A stretch of DNA of 64,000 bases from Callorhinchus milii. Taxonomy: Eukaryota. Positions 39,800 to 51,392 of the stretch are shown here, piece after piece (position 1 is the stretch's first letter; the number at the start of each line of letters is the position of its first letter). The position numbers were made by a program, and so were the translations under genes. The notes under the pieces were generated by a model. That model searched no databases and was not told where the DNA came from. It was given only the letters and a program-made list of their open reading frames with translations. The DNA lies in NCBI RefSeq assembly GCF_018977255.1, contig NW_024704743.1:99760001-99824000 (forward strand), given 5' to 3'.

Positions 39800-40310
39800 T
39801 GGAAACTCAGAGTTTCTAAAGATTTCTGACCAATAAATTTAAACCCACAGACAATCTTATATGGATAATATGAGACAATGCAGTTTGGAGCAAAAAACAT
39901 GGAACAGAAATACTCAATGAATGGATCAGTAAAGCAAAAAAGGATTCAGGGGAAATTCACAGCCATTTACTGGAAGTATCCAGTCAATATAAACCTGTTA
40001 TTAACAAGAATAAATAAGTACTAGGTTGTATCTCAAGAGCAACTGATTTTAAGTCATACAAGATACATTGACCTTAACTTTATTCTATGTTTGAAATATT
40101 GTGTGCAGTTTTGGCTCTGTACCTTCAAAGGTACATTGATGAATTAGAGTCCAGGAAAAGATCAACGTGAATGTCTCTGTAACTCCAGATTCTAATTTAT
40201 GAAGACAAGTTCACATAACTGAATATGTTTTCATTAGAAAATCATTGAGATACGTGATCCACATCTTTAAACTATAAGGGATTGTGGATAGTGTACATGG
40301 AAAGATGTTA
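39800..40310 (+). mobile_element. Old CR1 ORF2 fragment
   Basis: Degenerate LGCI.R...LKYCVQFW-like coding. Similar old fragments lie at 34240-34640 and 62170-62640. Confidence 0.55.
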
Positions 40311-41122
40311 TCAGATTGTGATTACAATACTAGAGCACACAAGGTGTAAAATTAACAACGTCAAGCAGGAATGGCTACTGAGATATTTGTTTTTTTCCAC
40401 AGGGCTGTGGATGAATGGAACAGATAATCTTATAAAAATTAATGCTTTACAACAGGGGTGAATACGTACAAGGCAATGACTCATTGAAGCAGAAGGCTCC
40501 ACTGTTGTAAGCTTCTGGTAACGCTTCATGTACAACTTTTTTGGATAAATAATAGCAAATAATCCTTATATTTGATATAGCACCTCGCACTTTGGGAGGA
40601 TGTCTCAAAGTGCTTTACAGGATATACTGTTAAGTTCAATGACTGTATTTTACAGGCAAAGGATAAAATACAATATTTAATGTCACACAAAATTTAGCGA
40701 CTTATAAGCCATGATTGGCTTCACTATTCCATTAGACCCTGACATTGCCTTCCCCCAAGACTCCGCCATAAGTCTGCTTGTTCCCCTGATGAATAGGGAC
40801 TGCATCCAGCATGCAAACATATTCAGTGCACACTGCTTTAAGTACTTTTCACAACCCAACCTCCAACAATATCATCATTAACACCTGAGCAGAACAGCTG
40901 TTGGAAACATGCCAGTCTGACCAAACAGCATGAAGCCTGTACCCGGAACAAGAAAAACACTGAAAGGTGTAATCCCTTACTACCCCCCAACCCCTATTCC
41001 CAATTTACCAGCTCCCCAAACTCAAGTGACAGAACCCAAAATGACAATCATTAGCACAACCGAGAGCCAAAACATAACAAAAAAAACTAATCACTCATGC
41101 CCATTCACCACTATGTCCTTAC

Positions 41123-41422
41123 CCTGATCACCTTTTGTTCTGCTGTTGCTTGACAAAACACAATCTTGACAACCCACAATGATACCTATAAATATAGACA
41201 TTGTATAAAATTTCTCTCTTGATGTATTGGAAACCTCAAGCAATCCTATAGATTCAATAGGGATGTATCTCTGAAGGTGAGAGAATAACAGAGCTTGGTA
41301 ATAATATGAAAATACAATTTTCCCCACTGCTTCATTAATATACCAACCTTGATGGTAGAATGGGAAATCGCACAGACCATGACTCTTTGGATATGTGAAA
41401 TGTTTGTATATGAGTGCTACCT
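41123..41422 (-). pseudogene. Pseudo-exon, second PH-like domain
   Basis: Open frame (ORF 41091..41465) LLFSHLQRYIPIESIGLLEVSNTSREKFYTMSIF...CVLSSNSRTKGDQ with donor CAGG|gtaagg. It is preceded by the 41799-41987 segment SLIIYQGK. Confidence 0.5.
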
Positions 41423-42419
41423 CTGGAGGGAGCAGAGGACAACTTGCTGGAGTTAGAAATGACACAACAGCCTTGGATTGTATTCGTACTTTGTTATATA
41501 TTATCAGTTATTATTTATTATGAGTTCAATTATTTTGATGTTCGGTGTAGCAGAAGAACGTCTTATGATTTAGTTATGGTATTGTGCATTGTAAATCAGC
41601 TTTGAGAACATTTCAGCCACCCTGCACACCTCATGTATACAAATGCTAGATTTATTTTATGCTTCTCTGCACAGGAGCTGAATGTTTGAAGTTCAGAGCG
41701 CGTCATCTCACTGTGAACGAGAGAGATGAAAGAAAAAAGCCACAGGCTAGTGTTGATTTTTTTTCAATGGCCACTGGGTTCTTTATCAGTATGAGGTGTT
41801 AAAAAGCTGCAAAGTTTGTAGAGTCCACAGGAAAGAAACAATGAATGAAAAGTAGTAACAGTTCCCAGCAGTCAGCCAAGTAATGAGATGTGCAGAGATG
41901 AATAATTGATTTGTAAGAAGTTTTCCCTTGGTAAATAATTAGTGAAATCTCTGATGCAACAATATTTCTTAAATTACAAGCAGACACTTATTCAGTTTAG
42001 TGGCTTAATAAGGTAACCAGACCTACCATCTGTTGTTCGTTATTATTGTTTGAATCTCTTTGACATTTTCGAAAGAGAAAATATTTGTTTTATTGAATCT
42101 GTGGGGGGGTTGACATTGCTCAAATCATAAAGGAATGAACTCACCGAAGTCATGCTAACAAAATCACTTCAGAGCCCAGCATTACTAAAGGCTGACATAA
42201 GAAGTGTTTTTTCTGTTATTGTTCAGAAAACCGTCTCAGTCTGTGAAGAGGTATAGAATCATAGAAACTTACAGCACAGAAGAAGGCCATTCAGCCCTTT
42301 GTGCTCATGTTGGCTCTTTGAAAGAGCAATCAATTCAATTCCATTTACCTACGTTTTCCCCGAACCGCTGCGAAGGCTACTGCCCTTTCAATAATAATAA
42401 CAACTTGCATTTATATGGA

Positions 42420-43720
42420 AGCGAGCCCCTCCAATCGCGTGCCTCTCCAATTGGGTCAAGGTGACAAACGACATCCTGCCCATCTGTGACCAGGGTTCCC
42501 CCTGCCTCCTCATTCTCCTCGACCTCTCTGCTGCCTTCGAAACAGTGGATCACTCCATCCTCCTCCACCGCCTCTCTTTTCACCTCAACTTTCAAACTTC
42601 TGTCCTTGAATGGTTCAGGTCTTATCTCTCAAACATCTCCAATTTGTCTCTGTCAACAAGTTCTCCTCCAGCCCCCGCACAGTCTTGTATGGTGTTCCTC
42701 AGGGCTCTGTCCTCGGTTGCCTCCTCTTCAACCTCTGCGAGCTCCATCTAGGTGACATCATCTGCAGACATGGGATCAACTTCCACATGTCCGCAGATGA
42801 TATCCAACTCTATCTCTCTGCCTCCACCCTCGATTCCAGGTAAACTGACATCCTGTCAGATTGTCTGTCTGACATCGTCCTGGATGAGAGCCAACTTTCT
42901 ACAGCTGAATGTCAGCAAGACCGAGGCTCTCCTGATTGGCTCACACCAGCACCTCAGCACCTCAGGCACCGGCAGCATCAGCATCCACGGATGCACACTC
43001 CACCTCACCAAGCCAGTCAGAAACCTTGGCATCTTGTTCGATCCTCAACTGTCTTTTTCCCCCCATATCCGTGCCATAACCTGCTCTGCTTTAGCCCACC
43101 TCCGCTACATTGCTGACTCCACTACTGCCTCACCCCTCAGGCAGCCAAAACCCTCATACATCCATTCATTACCTCAAAGCTCAATTACGGAAACTCCCTC
43201 CTTGCCGGCCTCCCCAACTCTTCCCTCCACAATCATCCAGAACTCTGTAGCTTGTGTCCTTTCCCACACCAGGCCCTATGACCCCCACCCTTGCCTGCTC
43301 CACTGGCTCCCGATCCATCAGAGAATTCAAGGCCTTCCACTGCCTTGCCCCCTCCTACCTCTCTGACCTGCTAATCCCCTATCAATCTGTCCGCTCCCTC
43401 CATTCAGCCGTCTCTGCCTTGCTCCATGTCTCCTGCCTGACCCGCCCTACCATCAGCAGCCGGGATTTCAACCTCTCTTCTCCCACCCTTTGGAACTCCA
43501 TCCCACAATCCCTTCACCTCGCTCCCTCTCTTGCCTCCTTCAAGGCACGACTCAAGACCCTCGTTTTCAACCGTATCTTCAGCTGCCCTCCTACCCCTCT
43601 GCCCTCCCTCATCCCAACCCTACCCCCCCACGCTTGGATCCTGATCGCCGACTGTTCAGTGCCTTGGGATGTCCTCCTGAAGTGAAAGGCACTTCACAAA
43701 AGTAATTTTGTTGTTGTTGT
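42420..43720 (+). mobile_element. L2 LINE RT-3' fragment
   Basis: [43 protein letters not shown]. (TTG)n tail. Confidence 0.92.
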
Positions 43721-45389
43721 ATATCGTACGCTTCACACAGGATAGCATTTTCGAATGCTGCAAAATGGCGGGGTCGGACTCCATCAACAATAAATTACAT
43801 TTGTATAGCTCCTTTCAAGTCAGGAGGACACCAAGCAAGAGGAAAGGGAAGGAAGTGACCGTAGCACAATCATTCCAATGCAAAATGTTCAACTTAAGTT
43901 ATAAAAGACAAAATTTTCAAACTGTGAAACGAGGAGCTAAAGTCAGATAAATCATGCTTTGAAGGAGAACACATATCAGCTGATGTATTTTAAGTAGCAC
44001 ATAGAAACTTAGCCACAACTCTTGATTTTTCTCTTGAATCGTGCCTCCTGCCACCTCCCATTTCTCCCCAGCTTGGTGTCAAAACTATGCCATTTATATG
44101 GACTCCCAGATGCTACCCCCAGTGAAGGGCATTATATAAATGCAAGTTGTTGTCAGGTGCTTTGAGACATTTCAATGTGATAAGATGCTGCATTAGATAA
44201 CTATTCTTATATTGGAGCTGTTTATTCCACTAACGGTTAAGCTTATAACTGAAACAACTTAATGTCCTTCAATCAGTTTTTTCTCACTGGATAAATATTC
44301 TTTAATTCAGCAATACTACAATGATAAACTGCCATATCCGGTACACTGAGAGAAGAGAACCATTTGTAAAACATTTTATTTAGAAACTGCAGTGCACAAC
44401 ATTTTCATTCATTTATGTCTGCATTTTTCTCTTGCAGGTCATGTTGCAGGTCATTCAGGTACAGCAGAAGATGAAGCATAGCTTGATGCCACCTCTGCCT
44501 TCACCCCAATAGTGTAGAGCTTTTTGGTACCTACACTTCCTAGGGAGATTTTTTAGGTAGTGGCGGGTTTTTGATATGGTATCTTGCTGGTTAGAGAAAT
44601 AGAAACTGAGTTTATTTTACCTTTGCTACTTCACAGACATTGTGAGAGCAGTTGACTGTAAACCATGTCTGTTTTAGGTCACTCTCCTAAAGGATCTTTG
44701 AATAAAGCCACAAAGGGCCAAAGCAAGTTTATAATGAAAATAATCCTTGCATTTGATATAGTGCCTTATCTTCTCATTGAGATGTCTCAAAGCTCTTCAT
44801 AGAATATACTATAAAGTTAATTGACTGTATATTTTGTGTACGAAAAGTGGCAGCCAATTGCACAAGCAGTGTACCACAAACAGTCATGGATTGAGTGACC
44901 AAATTATTGTTTTTTTAAAAAAAATTTTGAAGGGATTATTTACCCCAGAAAAGATCCACTGAGGGAACACTTGGCCTGAGCTGTACCCAATTCCAACTAA
45001 GAATGACCGATGTGTGAGCTGGGGAATATAAAGGGTTGAGTGTCTCATTACAGGCTGTCACTGTGAATAAGCAGCAGCATTCTACCCCTTGACCTGCTCG
45101 CTCCCTGACACACACCCAGAGATCAGCCACTGTGGCTATTGTATACTGTACATTGTCTACCAGACACACACCCAATGCTCCAGCTACTTGTACACTGTCT
45201 GCATATATTGATTCATTTATTTTCTTTCTCTCTTTATCTCTCTCTCGATTTAGCTTTCTTTTTTCTCTCTTTCTAAACAAAAATAATTTGATAACCACCT
45301 CTGAGGTATTATTATTCATGCCAAGGTCTACGGCTTGTTTCTTAAAATTAGCTGCTTGTGCTGTCAGTTTTGCTTTAATAAGGATATAC

Positions 45390-45517
45390 CTCGCCTCACA
45401 TTCTCATTAGTACCACTTGCATAACGTCTTTGATGTGACAAACAGAGGAACAAAGTATGCCACTTTATCTGCTTTGCTTTAATATTTGAAGCCAGATACT
45501 ATCTATCAGTAGTGCAC
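45390..45517 (-). pseudogene. Pseudo-exon, PH domain 1 C-terminal part
   Basis: ttatag acceptor. GALLIDSIWLQILKQSR*, then shifted FVPLFVTSKTLCKWY (PH terminal helix with Trp). Confidence 0.5.
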
Positions 45518-45682
45518 CTATAATAATGTAGAATGTTTCACTTCATGTTGACCTGGTATAGATGAGTCTATCACTGAGCGCAATGTTGAATAGGTTTGTT
45601 TTTCTAGCACTGTTTTCGCTCACCACAATGCGTGTAAGTACATAAAAAAATGAAAAAACAAAACCTGGAAATCCATAATTAC

Positions 45683-45760
45683 CTTAGAATTTTAAAGAAA
45701 GATTTTGTCCAGGATCACAATCCCCAGTGAGTTCAATGTTTCGACATCTTTCAAAAGCAG
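45683..45760 (-). pseudogene. Pseudo-exon, PH domain 1
   Basis: 78-nt segment with gattag acceptor and AAG|gtaatt donor. AFERCRNIELTGDCDPGQNLSLKF* joins in phase with the next exon. Confidence 0.5.
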
Positions 45761-47958
45761 CTAATCATCAATTGACAATTAGTAATGACTGTTAATTATT
45801 GATCAAACTCCCAGCCAACTGTGTGAAGTGCTTTGATACATAATGTGAAAGGCACTATATAAATGTAAATTGGAATTATGAATGTGATCTATAAGTGAAG
45901 TCCTGTAGAGTATTGGTTAGGGCATTCGCCTCGCAAGAGAGAGGACCGGATTCGATTCCCGGGCGGAACAAAACCATAGGCAAGTTTCCTTACTCCACAT
46001 GCCTCTGTTTACCTAGCAGTAAGTAAGAACCCAGTTGCTAGTCAATTAGTGGATTGCTTTGGAGGGTAATAATCCTTCCCCCCAAAAATGTGATCACTAA
46101 ATCCACGACCATTTGTGGGACACTACAGTATATTCTGTGAAACACTTTGAGACGTGATAAGGTGCTCTATCACATGCAACAATTATTATTATTAGTAGTA
46201 GTATCTTTGTTACCTGAATACTCAGAATTCCAGGTGATATTAATGTAGATTCTCCGAATAATAATATTAATAATGCTTGCATTTGGTGAAGCATCTTATC
46301 CTGTTCTAAAGTAGTTCACATAATTTTACTATAAAGTGTAGTGACTCTGTATTGTAGGCGAATGCAGTAATAATAATTATAATGATTGCATTTGATAAAG
46401 AGCCTTATCATGTCGTTGAGACCTCTCAAAGCCCTTTAGAGGATATACTGTAAAGTGATGTGACTGTGTGTATCTTTTTTGTGTGGTTGAATCAGTAGTC
46501 AATTAGTGCATAGCAGTTTTGGGGATTTGCACACCAATTTTATTTGGGGAATTTTTGGCCAGGACATTGGAAATAACACTCTCTTTTCAAATAGTGCCAA
46601 AGGATTGTTAACATCCACCTGAACAGGCAGATTGGTACAACATCTCATCTGAAGGACTGCACCTCTGACAATCCAGAACTCGCTTAGCACTGCACTGGTA
46701 TCAACTTAGACTATGAGCTCAAAGTTCTGACGTGGGGGTTGAATCCACGACATCTGACTCAGAGGCGAGAGTGCTAACAATGAAACCAGGCTGAACAATA
46801 TTCAACGTGCCTCGCAAATAAAAACAAATTGGTCTTGAACTTCCCATAAAAATTATTATAAAAATGCAAGATCCTTGAAGGAATTACAAAATGTAAACCG
46901 CCCGAATCCAGGAATGATGGTAGCTGATGTCACAACATGATTACATTGTAATATGGGGTAATAAACTGTGACTAGTTATTTCCAGGTCGATGCCGAGGAG
47001 GACACTTGGGAAAATAAAAGGAGCAGCACACAAGCACACGATAATAAATATCACGATAATTATTAGGCATCTGAATTTTAATATCATTGCAGAATGACAG
47101 GGGAGTTGGAGGGTTGCTGGCTCAATGGCAATAGCCTTTCTATGAAGATTGCCACCATGACACTTATGCATACAACAATACATGTCAACGATTCCTGACC
47201 TGTCAGTGTGGTTGATTTATATGCCTGACACCTACTCCATCTTACTCAGTGGCAATACTTCAGTGAATCTAATCTATCATTCCACAGGCAGCGCAAGGGC
47301 TGTTGCAAATTTTGAAGTAAAGCATTGTAATCTTGGGTTTAAAATGAAGATACTAAAAAAACCTTAAGATCCTGAACCATCTTTTTTTTGTTTTTAAATC
47401 TGTATTTTGCAAGTGTAACTAATGCTGCATTTAAATTGATTTCTGCATTGTTCTTGATTGCATTGCATTGCACATGTAGCTATTGAGTCCAGAAGCTGCA
47501 GATGCAAATTGCCAATGTGGGCATGATATATCACTGTGCATTCGCACATTTAGAGTAATTAGAGCACTCGCCTTACAAGCAAGAGGACCTGGCTTTGATC
47601 CCTGCGGTAGACGAAAACTTATCCAAGTTTTCCTACTCTACACTTCTCTGTTTACCCAGCAGTAAATAGGAACCCAGTTGTTAGTCGATTTGTGGATTGC
47701 TTTCAAGGGATAATAATCCCTTTTAAAAAAAGTGGTCACTCAATCCATGACTGTTTGTGGGAAACTGCTATGCGCTGTTGGCTGCCACGTTTCACCAACA
47801 AAATATACAGTCAGTTCATTTTACAGTATATTTTGTAAAGTGCTTTGAGATGTCTCAACAGTGTGAGAGGGTGCTATATCAAATGCAAGAATTATTATTA
47901 TTTTTAAACATGTCATATTGAGATTTTGCCAACCTTGCACCTTATTGACATCACTTAC

Positions 47959-48248
47959 AAATGGATGAATTGGACAGTGAAGATTTCCAAATGCGTAAAG
48001 TTGAATAATTCATTATGCAATATAGTTTCTACCCTTATTAAAAGCTTCACAGACTTTTTTAACCATGTATCGCTATTCTTTTTCCCTGGTAGATCTATTG
48101 TGTGTTAGTGACATTAAAGCTCCTTTCCTTTTATAATTCTTCAAGCAGCTTAATTGTTCCAGCAACTACTTGGATTAATGTCAGTTTATATCTCCAGCTA
48201 CCCTTAGAGATCCTGCCTTTTCTTTCTCTCACAAATATACATTCACCT
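47959..48248 (-). pseudogene. Pseudo-exon, DH end and start of first PH domain
   Basis: ctgcag acceptor and gtaagt donor. EVNVYL*EKEK, then in a shifted frame KLLEEL*KERSFNVTNTQ*IYQGK...QLYAFGNL, like the DH-PH linker and PH strands (LIYEG...LFLFND). Confidence 0.55.
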
Positions 48249-48534
48249 CTGCAGTCAAATGCTTTTAATTTAAACATCACTTTAATTTGATTAAGGCTTG
48301 AAGTGATAAGGGGACAGAGCAGGGCAGTGGTATTGAAAGTACAGCTTGTTCTGAGAGCTGGTGCAGATTTGATGGGCCAAATGGAAACATTATATTTCTA
48401 TAATTCTTTGATTTATATCATTAATTTTTTTCATCTCCTTTCAAGATGGTCTTTGTCTTTCAAATGTGCATGTCTCTATCAAGCTTAGGTGTCAGCCTGA
48501 CTAAATTAGTAGCTATCTTGCCTTGGAATCAGAA

Positions 48535-48725
48535 GTTTGTTGTTTAAGAAGCAGCGTGTTGTTCTTGGAACAGTGTGTTAGTTGTGTGTTGTTTTATAGC
48601 AGTGTATTGTTTAAGAGCTGTGTGTTTTAGAGCAGTGTGTTGTTTAAGACCAATGTGTGGTTTAAGACCAGTGTGTTGTTTTACAGCAGTGTGTTTGTAA
48701 GAAGCGTGTTGTTTTGAAGCACTGT
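48535..48725. repeat. Degenerate ~20-bp minisatellite (agcagtgtgttgttttaag)n
   Basis: About nine imperfect tandem units are visible. Confidence 0.75.
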
Positions 48726-49135
48726 TTAATGAATAGCCTGCATCAGTGGTGTTGGGACTCAGTTAACAGTAAATCTCTGGCTATCCAGGAGGCTAAGTAA
48801 AGCCTGTGCTCCATCCACAGATCAGGATGACCTTAAATTGATTTATAAATTGCAAATTAAGTTTTCCACAGTTCGTTTTAAGGACACCACATAAGCTGAA
48901 TTCCAAATTAAAATTTTTGCAACATTCTGCACAATCCTAAACCAATACTCTTAAATTGAAGACCATGTGAGGTGTGCCTAAAGTGATGTGTGAATGATAT
49001 ACGCAGATTGTCTAAGTTCACATCAGGCTAGAGCAAATGATTCATCTGGGAACTATCTTATTGAAATTAACTTCATTCACAAACTTTCTAAATACAAGCA
49101 TTAATATTCACAATCCTGTCTTCAGACCGACTCAC

Positions 49136-49346
49136 AAAACAGTATTTGCATTATAATTTGTAACTCCTGAGCTCTGTGTTGGATCCCCTAGAGTCCAATA
49201 TTTGTCTGCATTTACTGTTAGCCTCAGGAAACAAGATTGCAAAACGCACCTCACAGCTTCCTCCTGCAGCTGTGTTCTCAGTGAACTAATGTCTCAAGCG
49301 CATTTTATGCATGAAAAGTATTGTTAAAACAATTGCAAGGTTGAAC
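49136..49346 (-). pseudogene. Pseudo-exon, DH domain core
   Basis: atacag acceptor and gtgagt donor. One frame reads ...HA*NALETLVH*EHSCRRKL*GAFCNLVS*G*Q*MQTNIGL*GIQHRAQELQIIMQILF, resembling DH N-A-L-E-T-L...F...P-[IV]-Q-R...L-L-L..L-L. Confidence 0.55.
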
Positions 49347-49692
49347 CTGTATTCCATAAATATCATTTAAGGAACAAATTTATCAAGTTTCATTATTGTA
49401 AACTACAGCAGATGTCTACAATAACCCACAATGAAGGAAAACCAACTGAAATCAGAAAGCAATACCGATGACAAGAGTCTGATATGATAATGTTGACATT
49501 ATTTGTGGTTCATAGGTGTGCATCTGATAGAAATAATCAGGAGAATAAAACATGAAAGGAAAATATTTTACCATTTGCTCTCAGGAAACTATAGTGAGCA
49601 CTTATAATTCTATAATAAAATATAAGAATTATTATTATTATTATTATAATAAAATACAAATAAAATTCAAAATACTTCTATATTTTGCTTAC

Positions 49693-49973
49693 ACTCCTTC
49701 AATTATGTATTCAGGCTTTTCCTGACAGTGATCCAATTTGAGGTACAAAGGGAGTTATTGTCCACTTGTCGGTAAAGTTATTGCCCTTAGCAGTACGTGT
49801 ATAGAATGGGATTTTGGCATTAAAAACACAAACTTGCACACTGCATAAATATGCCAACAAGTGGAGAATAAAAGAGTTCTGATTTGCTCTCAGGTTGCCC
49901 TGCACAACCTTTTGTCTCTGGGGACTAATATGTGGCGATTTCCAATGGGATTTCTACCTTCAGAGTGATGTTT
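49693..49973 (-). pseudogene. Pseudo-exon, probable DH domain N-terminal part
   Basis: cctgcag acceptor and gtaagc donor. Disrupted frames include VCKFVFLMPK and KLDHCQEKPEYIIEG. Confidence 0.4.
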
Positions 49974-51144
49974 CTGCAGGTCGGCAAGCATGAAATACTT
50001 CATGTTAGCAGAAATCGTCCAACATTTGGATTCCTTTCTGAGGAAACATAGTGGAGCCCAGCAGCATAGTGGTTAGCGTGCTCCCTCATATGCGAGAGGA
50101 CTTGGGTTCGCTTCCCGGTGGGGCAAAAGTTTTAGGCAGGTTTCCTTACTCCACACGCCTCTGTTTACCCAGCAGTAAGTAGGAACCCAATTGTTAGTCC
50201 ATTGGCAGATCGCTTTTCTGGGAGTAATAATCACTTAAAAAAAAGTAAGAATTTGGTCACTCAATGTACGACTGTTTGTGGGATACTCCTGTGCAATCGG
50301 CTGCCACATTTTGCCCACAAAATATACAGTAAAAATTTTTTAGATGGATTATTACCCCTCGGAAAGCAACTCAAATGCTCTAATCAATATGATACAGGAC
50401 TTCATAATTCAAGATTATTATGGAGAGGTTTGGGAGGGGAATTAGCATAGGAGGAGGCTCATGTGGAGTATAGACGTGGGCACGGACCAGTTGGACTGAT
50501 TAACCTGTTTCAGTGCTGTTGATTCTATCTATAATCTTTAGGAAACTCATTTCCATTATTTCTTAGCTTTACTAAGAAATTGGAAAATATTGAATCTATG
50601 CCAATAAAATGACAATTTCTGCCTGCGCTTCAAGAAGGATCTCAATAACTGATTGATGTAGAGACATGATTTATACCTCATCTGAAAGATTTTGTATTGG
50701 GAGTGACATGGGCATATTTGTTTTCAGGTATCTCCTATCGTTCATGAAGTTGTTTTGAGTTGTGTGTTTTTTGCTCCAGTTACACTTGTTGGCCACCGAG
50801 TCAAAATGTCGCTGTGGCGTCATGCATCACAGAGCATCTACATATGTATGCATACACTGCAGTTTTACCTGGTGACCGCAGCGGCCAACCGTGGTGCTGT
50901 GGCAAATTTTGTCAAGCGGCGGGAACAAAATAAAAAACACAGAGGAAGCTAAGCCACGGCAACAACAAAATTACATTTTTAGAGTGCCAAGTCCACCCAC
51001 TCAGTCCTCCTAAAAGGAGTCCTCCCAGATGAATATAAATAAAGATGAAAAATGTCTGTGAGTCTGTCTGTGTATTAATCTACATTCCATATTGGATCCT
51101 TTGGTTGTAAGCGTAGCTGCAACAGGTATAGCTAGTTTCTAATA

Positions 51145-51392
51145 AAACAAAAAACAAAATACTGCAGATGCTGGAAATCTGAAATAAAACAAAAGTCGCT
51201 GGGAAGACTCAGCAGACCAGGCAGCATCTATAGAGAGAGGAAAATAAGTTTACATTTCAGGTTGATGTTGATGACGGTTGAAACGTTCTGACCAAAGGTC
51301 ATTGACCTGAAACGTTAAATTTTCCTCAATCCGTAGATGCTGCCTGACCTGCTGCATGTTCCCAACGACTTCTGTTATTATTTCTGAATTTC
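51145..51392. mobile_element. Palindromic Penelope-like terminal repeat element
   Basis: Inverted arms about 51176-51263 and 51304-51392, with a hammerhead-like ctgacca-aaggtc-att-gacct-gaaac. Confidence 0.6.

Larger units (their letters stand above)
18150..49973 (-). pseudogene. Decayed multi-exon pseudogene with DH(RhoGEF)-PH-PH-VPS9-multiple RGS-like remnants
   Basis: About 20 non-repeat minus-strand segments, most flanked by AG...GT and several phase-compatible, that translate to domain-like motifs interrupted by many stops and frameshifts (see exon features). Overall ends are uncertain. Confidence 0.6.

Noticed and set aside
44400..44480. Strong + strand splice acceptor (tttttctcttgcag)
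   Set aside because: Isolated, followed by an early stop, with no supporting + strand exon chain.
48535..48725. CRISPR-like array
   Set aside because: Degenerate minisatellite without unique spacers in eukaryotic DNA.
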